From positions 1,728,001 to 1,792,000 of the forward strand of contig CP051526.1 of assembly GCA_050916045.1 (NCBI GenBank): 64,000 bases of DNA. Reading direction: 5' to 3'. The position numbers were made by a program, and so were the translations under genes. Below the pieces are notes generated by a model. It did no database searches, was not told where the DNA came from, and was given only the letters and a program-made list of their open reading frames with translations. Position 1 is the first letter of the stretch. Each line of letters begins with the position of its first letter. Below are positions 46,610-56,533 of the stretch, one piece after another. This stretch comes from Tepidisphaera sp. (GTDB lineage: Bacteria > Planctomycetota > Phycisphaerae > Phycisphaerales > UBA1924).

Positions 46610-47110
46610 ATGGCGAATCTCCTGCGATCCTCCGCTCCGGCGCTCCTCGCGATCGTGGGTGGGCTTGCGGTCGTTTCCGTCCTCAGGACGACTCTCGGCG
46701 GCGGCGGCGTCGCCCCCGTGCCCGCGGCCTTTGAGTCCGGCCTGTCCCTCGACGAAGCGATCTCCCAGGGAACCGCTTCCGGACGACCCGTCATCGCGTT
46801 CGCCACCGCCGACTGGTGCCCGCCCTGTCAGACCATGAAGCGGAGCACGCTCACCGACCTCAACGTGGAAGCGTTTCTCAAAGGACGGGCGATCTCCGTC
46901 TACGTCGATGTCGACCGCGACCGCAAAGCTGCGGAAAGACTCGGCGTGACCGGCATTCCGGCCACCGTGATCATCGCAGGCGACACCGTCGTCTCCCGGA
47001 TCTCCGGCGTCATGTCGCCCTCGGACTACCTGAGCTTCCTGACCGCTTCGGTCGACCTTGCGAACAACCCGGCCGAGGTCGAACGCCTCCGGAACGATCG
47101 CCCGCGATAG
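46610..47110 (+). CDS. Membrane-anchored thioredoxin-family protein
   Basis: ATADWCPPC, GIPA cis-Pro motif, N-terminal TM. TACCAT lies 5 nt before ATG 46610. Confidence 0.85.
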   Translation: MANLLRSSAPALLAIVGGLAVVSVLRTTLGGGGVAPVPAAFESGLSLDEAISQGTASGRPVIAFATADWCPPCQTMKRSTLTDLNVEAFLKGRAISVYVDVDRDRKAAERLGVTGIPATVIIAGDTVVSRISGVMSPSDYLSFLTASVDLANNPAEVERLRNDRPR

Positions 47111-47237
47111 CGGGAAAGCGACATCTCGCGCTCGGCTCCAGGACCTCGCGATCGAGAACGCGAGAGGTTCGCTGTCGCATCTGGAATGCAGTCGGGCCAC
47201 TCCGCGCTTCTTCCGATCCCGCCGCACACCTCACAAT

Positions 47238-47272
47238 GAAAAACCCCCGGGTCATGCGACCCGGGGGTTCTT
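47238..47272. terminator. Bidirectional intrinsic terminator
   Basis: AAAAACCCCCGGGTC-ATGC-GACCCGGGGGTTCTT between convergent genes. Confidence 0.85.
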
Positions 47273-47304
47273 GATTTCAACTCGATCTCAGGCTTTCGCC
47301 ACGA

Positions 47305-48870
47305 TTACTTGTAGAAGTTCGTGGTTTCGGTCTTGATGAGCGTGCGGGTGATCTCGTTGGACTTGGCGTCCGCACGGAGCTGGACCTGGCCTTCGCCGAC
47401 CGCCTTGACGACGACCGTGAAGGTCTGCTTGGCGCCCGGCTTGAGCACGCCGATGGCGGGGAAGGTCAGCTTGGTGCCCGAGAGGGTGCCGCCGCTGCTG
47501 CTGACGTACTGCATCAGGTTCGCCGCGTCGAGCGTGCACTCGAGCGTGACGTTGTTCAGGTCCGCGAAGCCCTGGTTCGTGACCGTCAGCGTGTACGTCG
47601 TGTTGCCGCCGACCTGGACCGGGTCGGGGCTGTCGAAACCGTCGAGGAGCATGGCCGGGATGCCGACATACGCCACCTGGCAGTTCGTCGTCACCGGAGC
47701 CGCACAGTTGCAGGAAGCCGTCGCCGAGACCGGCACGTTGCCGATCGCCGTCGCGGAGACCGTCACCGTCACGCTGCGCTCCGCACCCGCGGGGAGAGCC
47801 CCGAGGTTCCACGTCACATTCTGGCCCGCGGCCGTGCCGCCGTTGTCGGCCGACTTGAAGGTCGTGCCCGCCGGGAGCGAAGCCACGATCTTGGAAGCGT
47901 CGCAAGCCGCGTCGCCCGTGTTCTTCACCGTGAAGGTGAAGGTCGAGTCGCGGCCCAGGACCACCTTGTCCGAGCCGGGGCGGCAAGCGATCGTCAGGAC
48001 CGGCTGCTTGACCACGGTCGTGACCTTCGCGGACTCGGCCTTGAGGTTGCCGTCCGCCGTCGCGGTCGCGACGTTGTCGAACTTGCCGGTCTTGCCCGCC
48101 TTCAGGTTGATCGGGAAGGACTTCTTCTGGCCGGCGGCGAGGTCGCCGACGACGATATCGACGTTGCTCTTGCCATCGGCCGTCGTGAGGCCGGCGGGGA
48201 GCGCATCGGTGATCTTGACGTTGCGAGCGACGCCCGAGCCGTTATTCACGACCTCGATCGTGGTGACGATGTTGCCGCAGTTGAGGATCGACTCGGGGGT
48301 GATCGTCTTGTTGATGGCGAGCGCCGGCTGGACGATCTTGGTCGTCACGCACAGGGGCAGAGTGTAGGTCACGCTCGCACAGTTGCGGAGCACGCCGCTC
48401 CCGACCGCCGCGGCAGACCCGGTGATCTTGATTTCCTTGGTTTCGCCCACGTTGAGCGAGCCCAGACCGAAGGTGTGGGTGTTGCCGCTGGACTGGGGCG
48501 CGGGAACCGCGGCCAAGGGCTTGAAGCCGGCGTCGGTCGTGTCCGTCACGACGACGTTCTCAAGGACGGACTGCGAGATGTTCGTCACGCGGAGGGTGTA
48601 GTCAAAGGACTGACCCGCGGCGACCTCAGCCGGAGCGACCTTCGTCACCGCGATCGCGGAAGACGCACGGTTGCCGGTCGGCCAATACTGCGTACCCGGA
48701 GCGTCCGCAACGGGTTTGGACTCGGCGCGGGGTGCCGGCGTCTCGGCCTTGGCAGGGGCGGGCGCCGGAGCGGCGGAAGCCCTCTGCTGCGTGCAGCCGC
48801 CAAGGGACATCCCAAGAGCGGTGCCCGCGACCGTGACCAGAATCAAAAGCCCGCGAGTGTTCATGTTCAT
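47305..48870 (-). CDS. DUF11-repeat cysteine-containing lipoprotein, OmcB-like
   Basis: Lipobox LGGC; four DUF11-like repeats (YTLRVTN...NVVVTD; VVNNG...ITDALP; VKNTG; DSPDPVQVGGNTTYTLTVTNQG); paired Cys. Confidence 0.85.
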   Translation of the reverse strand: MNMNTRGLLILVTVAGTALGMSLGGCTQQRASAAPAPAPAKAETPAPRAESKPVADAPGTQYWPTGNRASSAIAVTKVAPAEVAAGQSFDYTLRVTNISQSVLENVVVTDTTDAGFKPLAAVPAPQSSGNTHTFGLGSLNVGETKEIKITGSAAAVGSGVLRNCASVTYTLPLCVTTKIVQPALAINKTITPESILNCGNIVTTIEVVNNGSGVARNVKITDALPAGLTTADGKSNVDIVVGDLAAGQKKSFPINLKAGKTGKFDNVATATADGNLKAESAKVTTVVKQPVLTIACRPGSDKVVLGRDSTFTFTVKNTGDAACDASKIVASLPAGTTFKSADNGGTAAGQNVTWNLGALPAGAERSVTVTVSATAIGNVPVSATASCNCAAPVTTNCQVAYVGIPAMLLDGFDSPDPVQVGGNTTYTLTVTNQGFADLNNVTLECTLDAANLMQYVSSSGGTLSGTKLTFPAIGVLKPGAKQTFTVVVKAVGEGQVQLRADAKSNEITRTLIKTETTNFYK

Positions 48871-49067
48871 TGTGCTGTTTCCTCAAACGCGCCCGGAGAA
48901 TGACCCCTGCCAGCACGAGTCGGGCGCGACTCGTGTTGCCTCGGAGCCGAGGGAAAAGACCAAAACAGGGCCCCTCGGTCCTTATCAGATTGGGAGTATA
49001 GGACCATGGTCCGCCGGGGCAAACCTTCTGTACCCCGTTTGTTCGTGGTCGGCAAGGTCCCCAGGGT

Positions 49068-49769
49068 TCAGCTCTGCGGGATCTCGACCCACTCGTGGGG
49101 CAGGTGGCGCACGATCGCGCCCGTCGCCGCGTAGATCACCTGTTCGGCGATGTTGGTGCAGTGGTCGGCCATGAGCTCGCACTGGCTGCCGATCTCGTGC
49201 AGGCGGAAGGCGAAGTCGACGTTCATGGTGCCCTTGGCGATCCGCTGTTCGGCGTCCTTCAGGATGGCGTCCTTGAAGGCGGTCACGGCGTGCTGGCTTT
49301 GCAGGACCATCTTGGCCATGCGGGCGTCGCCGCGTTCGACGCAGATGTTGGTGTCGCGGATGATGCCAACGACGCTGTTGGCCATCATGCGGAAGGTGCC
49401 CGGGCACCCTTGGGCACAGACCGCGTCCGTGCGCACATACTCGGCGACATCAACGCCCGCGTCGGCGATGCGCTCAAGCTCGTTGTTGATCTTGGCGAAG
49501 GTCAGAACCGCGCGGACGGCCGAGGGCTCGAGCGACGCTCCGGACCGGGCTGCTTCGGTCAGAAGGTCGACGCACTGCTTCTCGAACGCGACGTCAGCCA
49601 CGTCGATGGCGTCGTCCTGGGCGATGGCTTCGACGGACTTGGAGGTGTCACCGGTGAACGCAGCGTCGAACGCGGACTCGATGAGCCCTTGGACGCGTCG
49701 GCCCTGGGTCACAAGGTCGACCTTGAGCGCTTCGATCCGTTTCCCGAAGTCAGCGGCGGTGGTTGGCAT
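49068..49769 (-). CDS. phoU: Phosphate signalling protein PhoU
   Basis: DDAID, KINNELERIADAGVDVA, ELMADHCTNIAEQVIY..TG..VRH. ATG 49769. Confidence 0.85.
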   Translation of the reverse strand: MPTTAADFGKRIEALKVDLVTQGRRVQGLIESAFDAAFTGDTSKSVEAIAQDDAIDVADVAFEKQCVDLLTEAARSGASLEPSAVRAVLTFAKINNELERIADAGVDVAEYVRTDAVCAQGCPGTFRMMANSVVGIIRDTNICVERGDARMAKMVLQSQHAVTAFKDAILKDAEQRIAKGTMNVDFAFRLHEIGSQCELMADHCTNIAEQVIYAATGAIVRHLPHEWVEIPQS

Positions 49770-49867
49770 AGATCTGAAGGATGTTAGGCAGACCGCGAGA
49801 AGCGTCGGGCGAGCGTCCGATCGGGCCGGTCCGTCTGGGGCGGGCCGGTTGGGGCTGTCGGGTTGGC

Positions 49868-50635
49868 TTAGGGGCTTGGGACGGTGATGGTTTCCCACGC
49901 CTGCTCGTCGCGGAGGCCGGCGATGCACTCGGCGACGACCGTCGCGATGGCTTCGGGCGCGAGCGCGCGCTCCGGCGGCAGGAGGTCGGTGTCCACGATC
50001 GCCCGGAGCATGGAAGTCTCAACGGCGCCGGGAGCAACGACGAAGCAGCGGATGCCGAGGTCCTTGGCTTCGGCGCGGGCGGAGCGGGCCATCGAGTTGA
50101 GCGACGACTTGGCGGCGGCGTACGCGAACAAGCCGGGGAAGGGGTCGATCGTCGCCATGGACGAGACCAGCACGAGGCAGCCGCCACGGAGGCTCTCTTC
50201 CTGTGAGCGGCCGGCGGCATGGTCCAAGGCGTTCTGGGCTTGGAACTGCTTCCACGCCGCGACCATGAGATACGCGGGGCCGAGAGCGTTGACCTCGAAG
50301 ACTTCGCGGATCATCGCCGGGGTGTGCTTCTCGATCGGCGTGCACGGAGCCAAGCCAGCGTTGCTCACGACGACGTCAAGCCGGCCAAAGGTCTCAACCG
50401 CCGCATCGATCAGGCGTTCGGAGGTCTCTGGATCGGCAATGTCGCCGGTTACGATCGTCCACGGCGACGTGAGCATCGCCGCGGTTTCTTCGAGAGCGGC
50501 GCGCCTGCGGCCGGAAAGCACCAACCTGCACCCGCGCCGCGCCAGGTCGAGCGCGATCGCACGCCCGATGCCGGAGCCCGCGCCCGTGACCACCACGACC
50601 GGCTCGGCTTTCGGGGATGGGTTCCCGGAGGGCAT
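49868..50635 (-). CDS. Short-chain dehydrogenase/reductase
   Basis: TGAGSGIG, SNAG, YAAAK, APGAVET. Confidence 0.92.
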   Translation of the reverse strand: MPSGNPSPKAEPVVVVTGAGSGIGRAIALDLARRGCRLVLSGRRRAALEETAAMLTSPWTIVTGDIADPETSERLIDAAVETFGRLDVVVSNAGLAPCTPIEKHTPAMIREVFEVNALGPAYLMVAAWKQFQAQNALDHAAGRSQEESLRGGCLVLVSSMATIDPFPGLFAYAAAKSSLNSMARSARAEAKDLGIRCFVVAPGAVETSMLRAIVDTDLLPPERALAPEAIATVVAECIAGLRDEQAWETITVPSP

Positions 50636-50697
50636 GCCGGTGATCGTACGCGAAGGGGCTTCGGCGGGGCTTGGTTGACGCCGTACACTGCGGTCCC

Positions 50698-52632
50698 ATG
50701 CGATCCACGGTCATCTTCGCGTTCGTCGCGCTGGTGGTGATCCTGGGCGTGCCGTTCGCGATGCGATCGGCCGCTCCGGCGGCCATGCGCCCGGACGTCC
50801 CCAAGATCATCATCATCACCCCGCACGTCCGGCAGATCTCCGAGGAGTTCACCACGGCGTTCAAAGCGTGGTACAAGCAGCGGCACGCTTCCTCCCCCGG
50901 AGGCGGCGAGGTCGAGATCGACTGGCGGGGGCCCTTCGGCACCTCCGAGATCGTCAAACTGCTCCAAGCCCAGTTCACCGCCGTGATGCATCGCGAGCTC
51001 GACCGGGTCCGTCGCGAGCAGCCCGAACTGCTTCTTGACCCAACCTTCGCGCTCGACAGCACGATCGCGCCCGGTGACATCGGTTTTGATCTGTTCTTCG
51101 GCGGAGGCAGCTTCGACCACACCCGCGTCAAGACGCGGGAGACGGCGCTCGTCGCCGTGCCCGTGCTTGCCGGGGGCGGCGTCCGCGAAGCGACGCTGAC
51201 CAAGCCCGATGCCATCTCGCAAAGCAACCTCGCGACCCTCCGCGAGTTCCGTGCCGACGTCTCGCTCGACGGCAAGCCTCCGGTCCGCCTGCTCATTCCG
51301 GTCGCGGCGGTGCAGGGCGGATCGGCGGCGCTCGACCCGATCGTCAAGGGCGAGAAGGAGCTCAAGCTCACCCTCGATACCTCGAAGATCGTCCGCGAGT
51401 TCACCGTGCGGATGTCGGCGAAAGCCGGGCTGACGCCGGAGGAACTCGCTCCGCTTGGAGACGGCAAGATCGGCGCCGACCGCCTCTTTGACCCGGATCA
51501 GTACTGGATCGGCACAGCCCTGTCGAGCTTCGGCATCGTCTTCAACCGCGAGCTCATGGAGGATGCCGGGTTCAAGAAGGACCCCCAGAGCTTTTCCGAC
51601 CTGACCAATCCCAAGCTCGCCGGGCTTGTCGCGCTCGCCGACCCGCGGCAGTCCGGGTCGTTCACGACGACGATCGACATGCTGCTGAGCAGCTTTGTCT
51701 GGAGAGCCGGCGCCATCGGCGGATGGGGCGACATGCTCGCCGAACGCGGCGGCCTCGACAAAGCCCGCCAAGCCGGCCACGGTGATGAGATCGACGAAGC
51801 CTGGCGGCAGGGTTGGCGCACCCTCCGCGAGATCACCGCCAACGCCCGTTACTTCGCCAGTTCCTCCACCAAACCGCCCATCGATGTCGGGCAGGGTGAA
51901 GCCGCCGCCGGCCTCGCGATCGACTTCTACGGCAAAAGCCAAGCTCAGGCGATCCTCCGTCCCGGGCAGAACCCCGCCGACGGCCGCGTCGGATACGTCG
52001 ACCCCCTCGGCGAAAGCAATTACGACGCCGACCCCGTCACGATCCTCACCGGCGCTCCGAACTTCGAGCTGGCTCAGGAATTCGTCCGGTTCTGCCTCAC
52101 CAAGGAAGCGCAGGCGCTCTGGCAGTTCCTCCCCGGCGACGAGAAAGCCCCCCTTCGTGCCGACGGCAAACCGATGGGGCCCAAGACGCACGCTCTCCGC
52201 CGACTCCCCATCCGCCGCGACATGTATGAAGCGCCGTACTTCGAACGCTTCGTCGATCAGGTCAAGCCGTTCGAGCGTGCTCCCAAAGCTCCGCCCGTCG
52301 GCTGGCGGAGCGCCATCGCCGTCATGATGCCCGCGTTCAGCGTCGATGTCCTCGACGACCAGCACGCCGCGTGGGAGGTCCTCTGCAAGCGTCGCCGCGA
52401 GGCAGACTTCTCTCGCGAAGCCCTCGGCAGGATGGAAGAGCTCTTCTACGCCTTCCCGCCCACGACCCTGCCGGACGGCCGCGTGCTGGAGTTCAACCCG
52501 ACCAACTACCCGGCCATTGCGGCGGCGTGGCGGGCTTCGACCAGCGCCGGTCGCCTCAAGCAGGACTTCCTGCTGGGGTACACGAAGTTCTTCCGGGAGA
52601 ACTACCGCGAGGTCGTGCGATTGGGCGAATAA
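50698..52632 (+). CDS. ABC-type (Fe3+/thiamine-cluster-like) solute-binding protein with large insertion
   Basis: IITPH, DLFFGGG, LSSFGIVFN, ALADPRQSGS, AIDFYG, ADPVTIL. Confidence 0.8.
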   Translation: MRSTVIFAFVALVVILGVPFAMRSAAPAAMRPDVPKIIIITPHVRQISEEFTTAFKAWYKQRHASSPGGGEVEIDWRGPFGTSEIVKLLQAQFTAVMHRELDRVRREQPELLLDPTFALDSTIAPGDIGFDLFFGGGSFDHTRVKTRETALVAVPVLAGGGVREATLTKPDAISQSNLATLREFRADVSLDGKPPVRLLIPVAAVQGGSAALDPIVKGEKELKLTLDTSKIVREFTVRMSAKAGLTPEELAPLGDGKIGADRLFDPDQYWIGTALSSFGIVFNRELMEDAGFKKDPQSFSDLTNPKLAGLVALADPRQSGSFTTTIDMLLSSFVWRAGAIGGWGDMLAERGGLDKARQAGHGDEIDEAWRQGWRTLREITANARYFASSSTKPPIDVGQGEAAAGLAIDFYGKSQAQAILRPGQNPADGRVGYVDPLGESNYDADPVTILTGAPNFELAQEFVRFCLTKEAQALWQFLPGDEKAPLRADGKPMGPKTHALRRLPIRRDMYEAPYFERFVDQVKPFERAPKAPPVGWRSAIAVMMPAFSVDVLDDQHAAWEVLCKRRREADFSREALGRMEELFYAFPPTTLPDGRVLEFNPTNYPAIAAAWRASTSAGRLKQDFLLGYTKFFRENYREVVRLGE

Positions 52633-52781
52633 CTCGCGACTGGGCCTCGGGCTGACCTGAAAGGGTGAATCCGGGACCATCCCGCACCGATGGAGGAAGG
52701 ATGCGCGATACGCTCCAGCCGCTTGTTCCTTCCGTCCGACCCCTTCCGATGCTCCGCGAGGAGCCTGTCGCGAGTGCCACG

Positions 52782-54329
52782 ATGTCCAATCCCGAACCGG
52801 TTCCGCCCATGCTCGCCAAGATCGTGGCCACGATCGGACCCGCGTCCGATTCGGCCGAGATGGTCCGTAAACTCATCGAAGCGGGCGTCTCGGTCTTCCG
52901 ATTCAACTTCTCGCACGGCGATTTCGCGGCCCATGGCAAGCGGCTTCAGACCGTGCGCACGGTCGCGCAGGAGATGGGCCGGCCGGTGGCGTGCCTGGGC
53001 GATCTGCAGGGGCCCAAGATTCGCGTCGGCAAGGTGCCCGAGGGCGGCATCACCGTCGAAGCCGGGCACGATGTGATCTTCCGCATCGGGATGCCGCTCG
53101 CCGGCCTCGAGCGGCAGTTCGGCGGCGACTCGCTCGCCGTATTCCCCGTCACGTACGAAAAGCTCATCTCCGAGGTCGAGCCGGGCCACAAGGTGCTTGT
53201 CAACGACGGCGCGATCCGCATGCTCGCGGTCGAGCGAAACAAGGAGCGCGGTGAGCTTCGCTGCCGCGTGATCGTGGGCGGCCTGATCACCTCGGGGAAG
53301 GGCATCAACCTGCCTCAGAGCAACATCTCTGCTCCGGCGATCACGGACCGGGACTGGGAGTGCGCCCGCTGGGCCGTCGAGAACGACATGGACTATGTCG
53401 CGCTCTCGTTCGTGCGGCGGGCGGAGGAAGTGACCGAGTTGAAGGAACGCCTCAACGCGATGGCTTTGGAATGCCGTGGCGGAAGCAAGGACGACCCGGC
53501 GAACTGGGTGCCTGTGGTCGCGAAGATCGAGAAGCCGCAGGCTTTGGCCGACCTGGACCGGATCGTTCAGGCCGCGGACGGGGTCATGGTCGCCCGCGGC
53601 GACCTGGGCGTTGAAATGGATATCGCCCGTGTCCCGGTCTCCCAGAAGGAGATCGTGGCCAAGTGCGCCGAATGGGGCAAGCCGTGCATCGTCGCGACGC
53701 AGATGCTCGAGACGATGATCGAGAACGCCGTCCCCACGCGGGCCGAAGCCAGCGACGTCGCCAACGCGATCTTCGACGGCGCCGACGCCGTCATGCTCTC
53801 GGCCGAGACCGCCACGGGCAAGCACCCCGCGCTCGTCGTGAGCACGATGCGGCGCATCGTGTCCGCGGCCGAGACGCGAGAGACGACGCTCCCGCCTTCC
53901 GCCAAGCCGCCGCTGAAGTTCATGGATCGATACTCGACGATCGCCGCGCTCGCCCACGGCGCGTGGCACGTCGCCAATGACGTGAAAGCCCGGGCGATCG
54001 TGGTCTGGAGCCAGTGGGGCGGCTCGGCCCGGTACCTCTCGCAGAACGATTTCCACATCCCGATCGTCGCGTACAGCAGCAGCGAGCGGGCGACGCGGCG
54101 GATGGCTCTGTTCGGCAACGTGACGCCGGTGCTCACGCCGCCGCCGGCTTCGGGCACGCTCAAGGAATGGAACGAGCAGGTGGATGCGTACCTGATCGCC
54201 AACGGGTTCGCCAAGCCGGGCGACAAGGTCGTGCTGCTCGCGGGCAAGCCCCTGGGCGTGTCGAAGGTCGTGAACTCGATCGCGATCCACACGGTGGGCG
54301 AAGCCCAGTCGGGCTGGCGAGCCGGCTGA
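52782..54329 (+). CDS. pyk: Pyruvate kinase
   Basis: KIVATIGPAS, RFNFSHG, DLQGPKIR, AKIEK, MVARGDLGVE, ATQMLETM. Start uncertain (52749/52782/52809). Confidence 0.95.
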   Translation: MSNPEPVPPMLAKIVATIGPASDSAEMVRKLIEAGVSVFRFNFSHGDFAAHGKRLQTVRTVAQEMGRPVACLGDLQGPKIRVGKVPEGGITVEAGHDVIFRIGMPLAGLERQFGGDSLAVFPVTYEKLISEVEPGHKVLVNDGAIRMLAVERNKERGELRCRVIVGGLITSGKGINLPQSNISAPAITDRDWECARWAVENDMDYVALSFVRRAEEVTELKERLNAMALECRGGSKDDPANWVPVVAKIEKPQALADLDRIVQAADGVMVARGDLGVEMDIARVPVSQKEIVAKCAEWGKPCIVATQMLETMIENAVPTRAEASDVANAIFDGADAVMLSAETATGKHPALVVSTMRRIVSAAETRETTLPPSAKPPLKFMDRYSTIAALAHGAWHVANDVKARAIVVWSQWGGSARYLSQNDFHIPIVAYSSSERATRRMALFGNVTPVLTPPPASGTLKEWNEQVDAYLIANGFAKPGDKVVLLAGKPLGVSKVVNSIAIHTVGEAQSGWRAG

Positions 54330-54372
54330 GGGCTTTCTCCTACACTGCTCCCCTGTTCGCAAGGAGAGCATC

Positions 54373-55536
54373 ATGGCGAAGGTGATCGTGCTTGGCGCGG
54401 GGATGGTCGGTTCGGTGATGGCGGCGGATCTGGCGGCGGATTCGTCGCTTGAGGTGACCATCGCGGACGTCCGCGAGGAGAACCTCGCGAAAGCGGCGGC
54501 CCGCGCCCCGGGCAAGATCAAGACCGTCAAAGCGGACCTTTCCGACGTGTCCGCGGTGGGCAAGCTCGTCGCTCCGTTCGACATGGTTTGCGGCGCCCTT
54601 GCGAGCAGGCTCGGGTTTCAGACGCTCCGGGCCGTGATCGAAGCCGGGAAGAACTACTGCGACATCTCGTTCTTCGCGGAGGACGCGATGGAGCTTGACG
54701 CTCTCGCCAAGAGCAAGGGCGTGACGGCCGTGGTGGACTGCGGCGTCGCTCCGGGGATGTCGAACATGACGGCGGGGTATGCGGCGAAGCACTTTGACCG
54801 CTGCGACAAGATCGCGATCTATGTTGGCGGATTGCCGCGCGAGCGTCGCTGGCCGTTTGAGTACAAAGCCGGGTTCGCGCCCTCCGACGTCATCGAGGAG
54901 TATGTCCGACCGAGCCGCATCGTGGAGCACGGGAAGATCGTCGTTCGCGAAGCCCTCACCGAGCCGGAACTGCTTGATTTCGACGGCGTCGGCACGCTCG
55001 AAGCGTTCAACACCGACGGCTTGCGGTCGCTCGCGTACACGCTGAAGGTCCCGATGATGGTCGAGAAGACGATGCGGTACCCGGGGCATATCGAGCTGAT
55101 GCGGGTGCTCCGGCACATCGGGCTTTTCTCGCAGGAGGCGATCGAGGTGCCCGGTGCGGATGGGGGGAAGGTGCGCGTGCGCCCGCTTGACGTCATCTCG
55201 ACCCTGATGTTCCCGCAGTGGACTTACGCGAAGGGCGAAGAGGACATGACGATCATGCGGATCACGGCGGAGGGGGAGAAGAGCGGCCATCGCGAGAAGC
55301 TGACGTGGGACCTGTCGGACGTGTACGACAAGCGGACGGAAGCGACGAGCATGTCGCGGACGACGGCGTTCCCGTGCACGATCATGGCGAGGAAGGTGCT
55401 CGCGGGCGAGTTCAAGAAGCCCGGGGTGAACCCGCCGGAGTTCATCGGGATGCAAGCGGGGATGCTTGATTCCGTGATGGCGGAGCTTCGAAATCGCGGG
55501 ATCCGTTACGAGTTTCGTGCGGAGAGACTGGGGTAG
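54373..55536 (+). CDS. Saccharopine dehydrogenase / lysine 6-dehydrogenase family
   Basis: AAGGAG RBS; LGAGMVG, YCDIS, DCGVAPG, VGGLP, KTMRYPGH, MSRTT. Confidence 0.88.
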   Translation: MAKVIVLGAGMVGSVMAADLAADSSLEVTIADVREENLAKAAARAPGKIKTVKADLSDVSAVGKLVAPFDMVCGALASRLGFQTLRAVIEAGKNYCDISFFAEDAMELDALAKSKGVTAVVDCGVAPGMSNMTAGYAAKHFDRCDKIAIYVGGLPRERRWPFEYKAGFAPSDVIEEYVRPSRIVEHGKIVVREALTEPELLDFDGVGTLEAFNTDGLRSLAYTLKVPMMVEKTMRYPGHIELMRVLRHIGLFSQEAIEVPGADGGKVRVRPLDVISTLMFPQWTYAKGEEDMTIMRITAEGEKSGHREKLTWDLSDVYDKRTEATSMSRTTAFPCTIMARKVLAGEFKKPGVNPPEFIGMQAGMLDSVMAELRNRGIRYEFRAERLG

Positions 55537-55599
55537 GTGGGAGAAGTCCGCGTTCTGCGGGCTTGAGCGGCCTTTCGTGAGGCCGGAAAGGGGTGCACC

Positions 55600-56520
55600 A
55601 TGAAGCTCCAGCGTCTGGCCGGGGCGGGACGAGGGCTTTCATTGGTCGAGCTTTTGGTTGTGATTGTGATCGTGGGGATCCTGAGTGTCGTGATGCTTGC
55701 GGTCTTCGGATCGAGGGGACATCGCGGCCCGAGGACGCCCAAGTGTGCTTACAACGTTCGCGGCATCCACCAGGGGATGATCCTCTTCTCCCAGGCCAAC
55801 AGGGACCAGTACCCGCTGCCGTCGGTCCTCGACAAAGCGAACAGCACGGTCGCACTGGCGGAAGGCGCGGATCCGACGAGCAAGGACACGACCGCCGCGA
55901 TCATTTCGACGTTGATCTACGGGACGTTCTTCGGGCCGGAGACTTGCATCAGCCCGGCGGAGAGCAACGGCGCGATCGTGATTGACCACGACTACCAGTT
56001 TGCTCAGCCGCGTGGCGCGGTCGATCCCAGGCTCGCACTCTGGGATCCGGCGTTCTCCGCGGATTTCACCGGCAGCGCGGGAGTCGAGAGCGGCGGCAAG
56101 GGCGAGAGTAACTTCAGCTACGCGCACATGATGCCGTCGGGGGCTCGCGCCGACAAGTGGACGCACACCAACTTTGACGCAGCGCAAGCCGTGCTCGGCA
56201 ACCGCGGGCCGCTCATCACGGGCGTCACGAAGGGAATCCGCAGAGCCGTCACACCCGCCTTCGACACCGGCAGCAACACGCTCCTCATTCACGGCTCACG
56301 CACCGCGTGGGAGGGGAACATCGCGTACAACGACAACCACGTGTCGTTCGAGAGCACGATGTGGACCGAGAGCGTCACGTACAAGGACGCGGCCGGCGCG
56401 GAGTGGCTCGACGTCCTGCACTTCGACGAACCCGACGACGCCTCCGGACTCAACAACTTCCTCGGGATCTACGCGCAAGCCGGGCCGACGCCGGCGGCGT
56501 TCAAGACGATCTGGGACTGA
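55600..56520 (+). CDS. Prepilin-type N-terminal cleavage protein (DUF1559-like), paralog A
   Basis: G|LSLVELLVVIVIVGIL; C-terminal HG...EGNIAYNDNHV. Confidence 0.85.
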   Translation: MKLQRLAGAGRGLSLVELLVVIVIVGILSVVMLAVFGSRGHRGPRTPKCAYNVRGIHQGMILFSQANRDQYPLPSVLDKANSTVALAEGADPTSKDTTAAIISTLIYGTFFGPETCISPAESNGAIVIDHDYQFAQPRGAVDPRLALWDPAFSADFTGSAGVESGGKGESNFSYAHMMPSGARADKWTHTNFDAAQAVLGNRGPLITGVTKGIRRAVTPAFDTGSNTLLIHGSRTAWEGNIAYNDNHVSFESTMWTESVTYKDAAGAEWLDVLHFDEPDDASGLNNFLGIYAQAGPTPAAFKTIWD

Positions 56521-56533
56521 GAGGTCATACACC

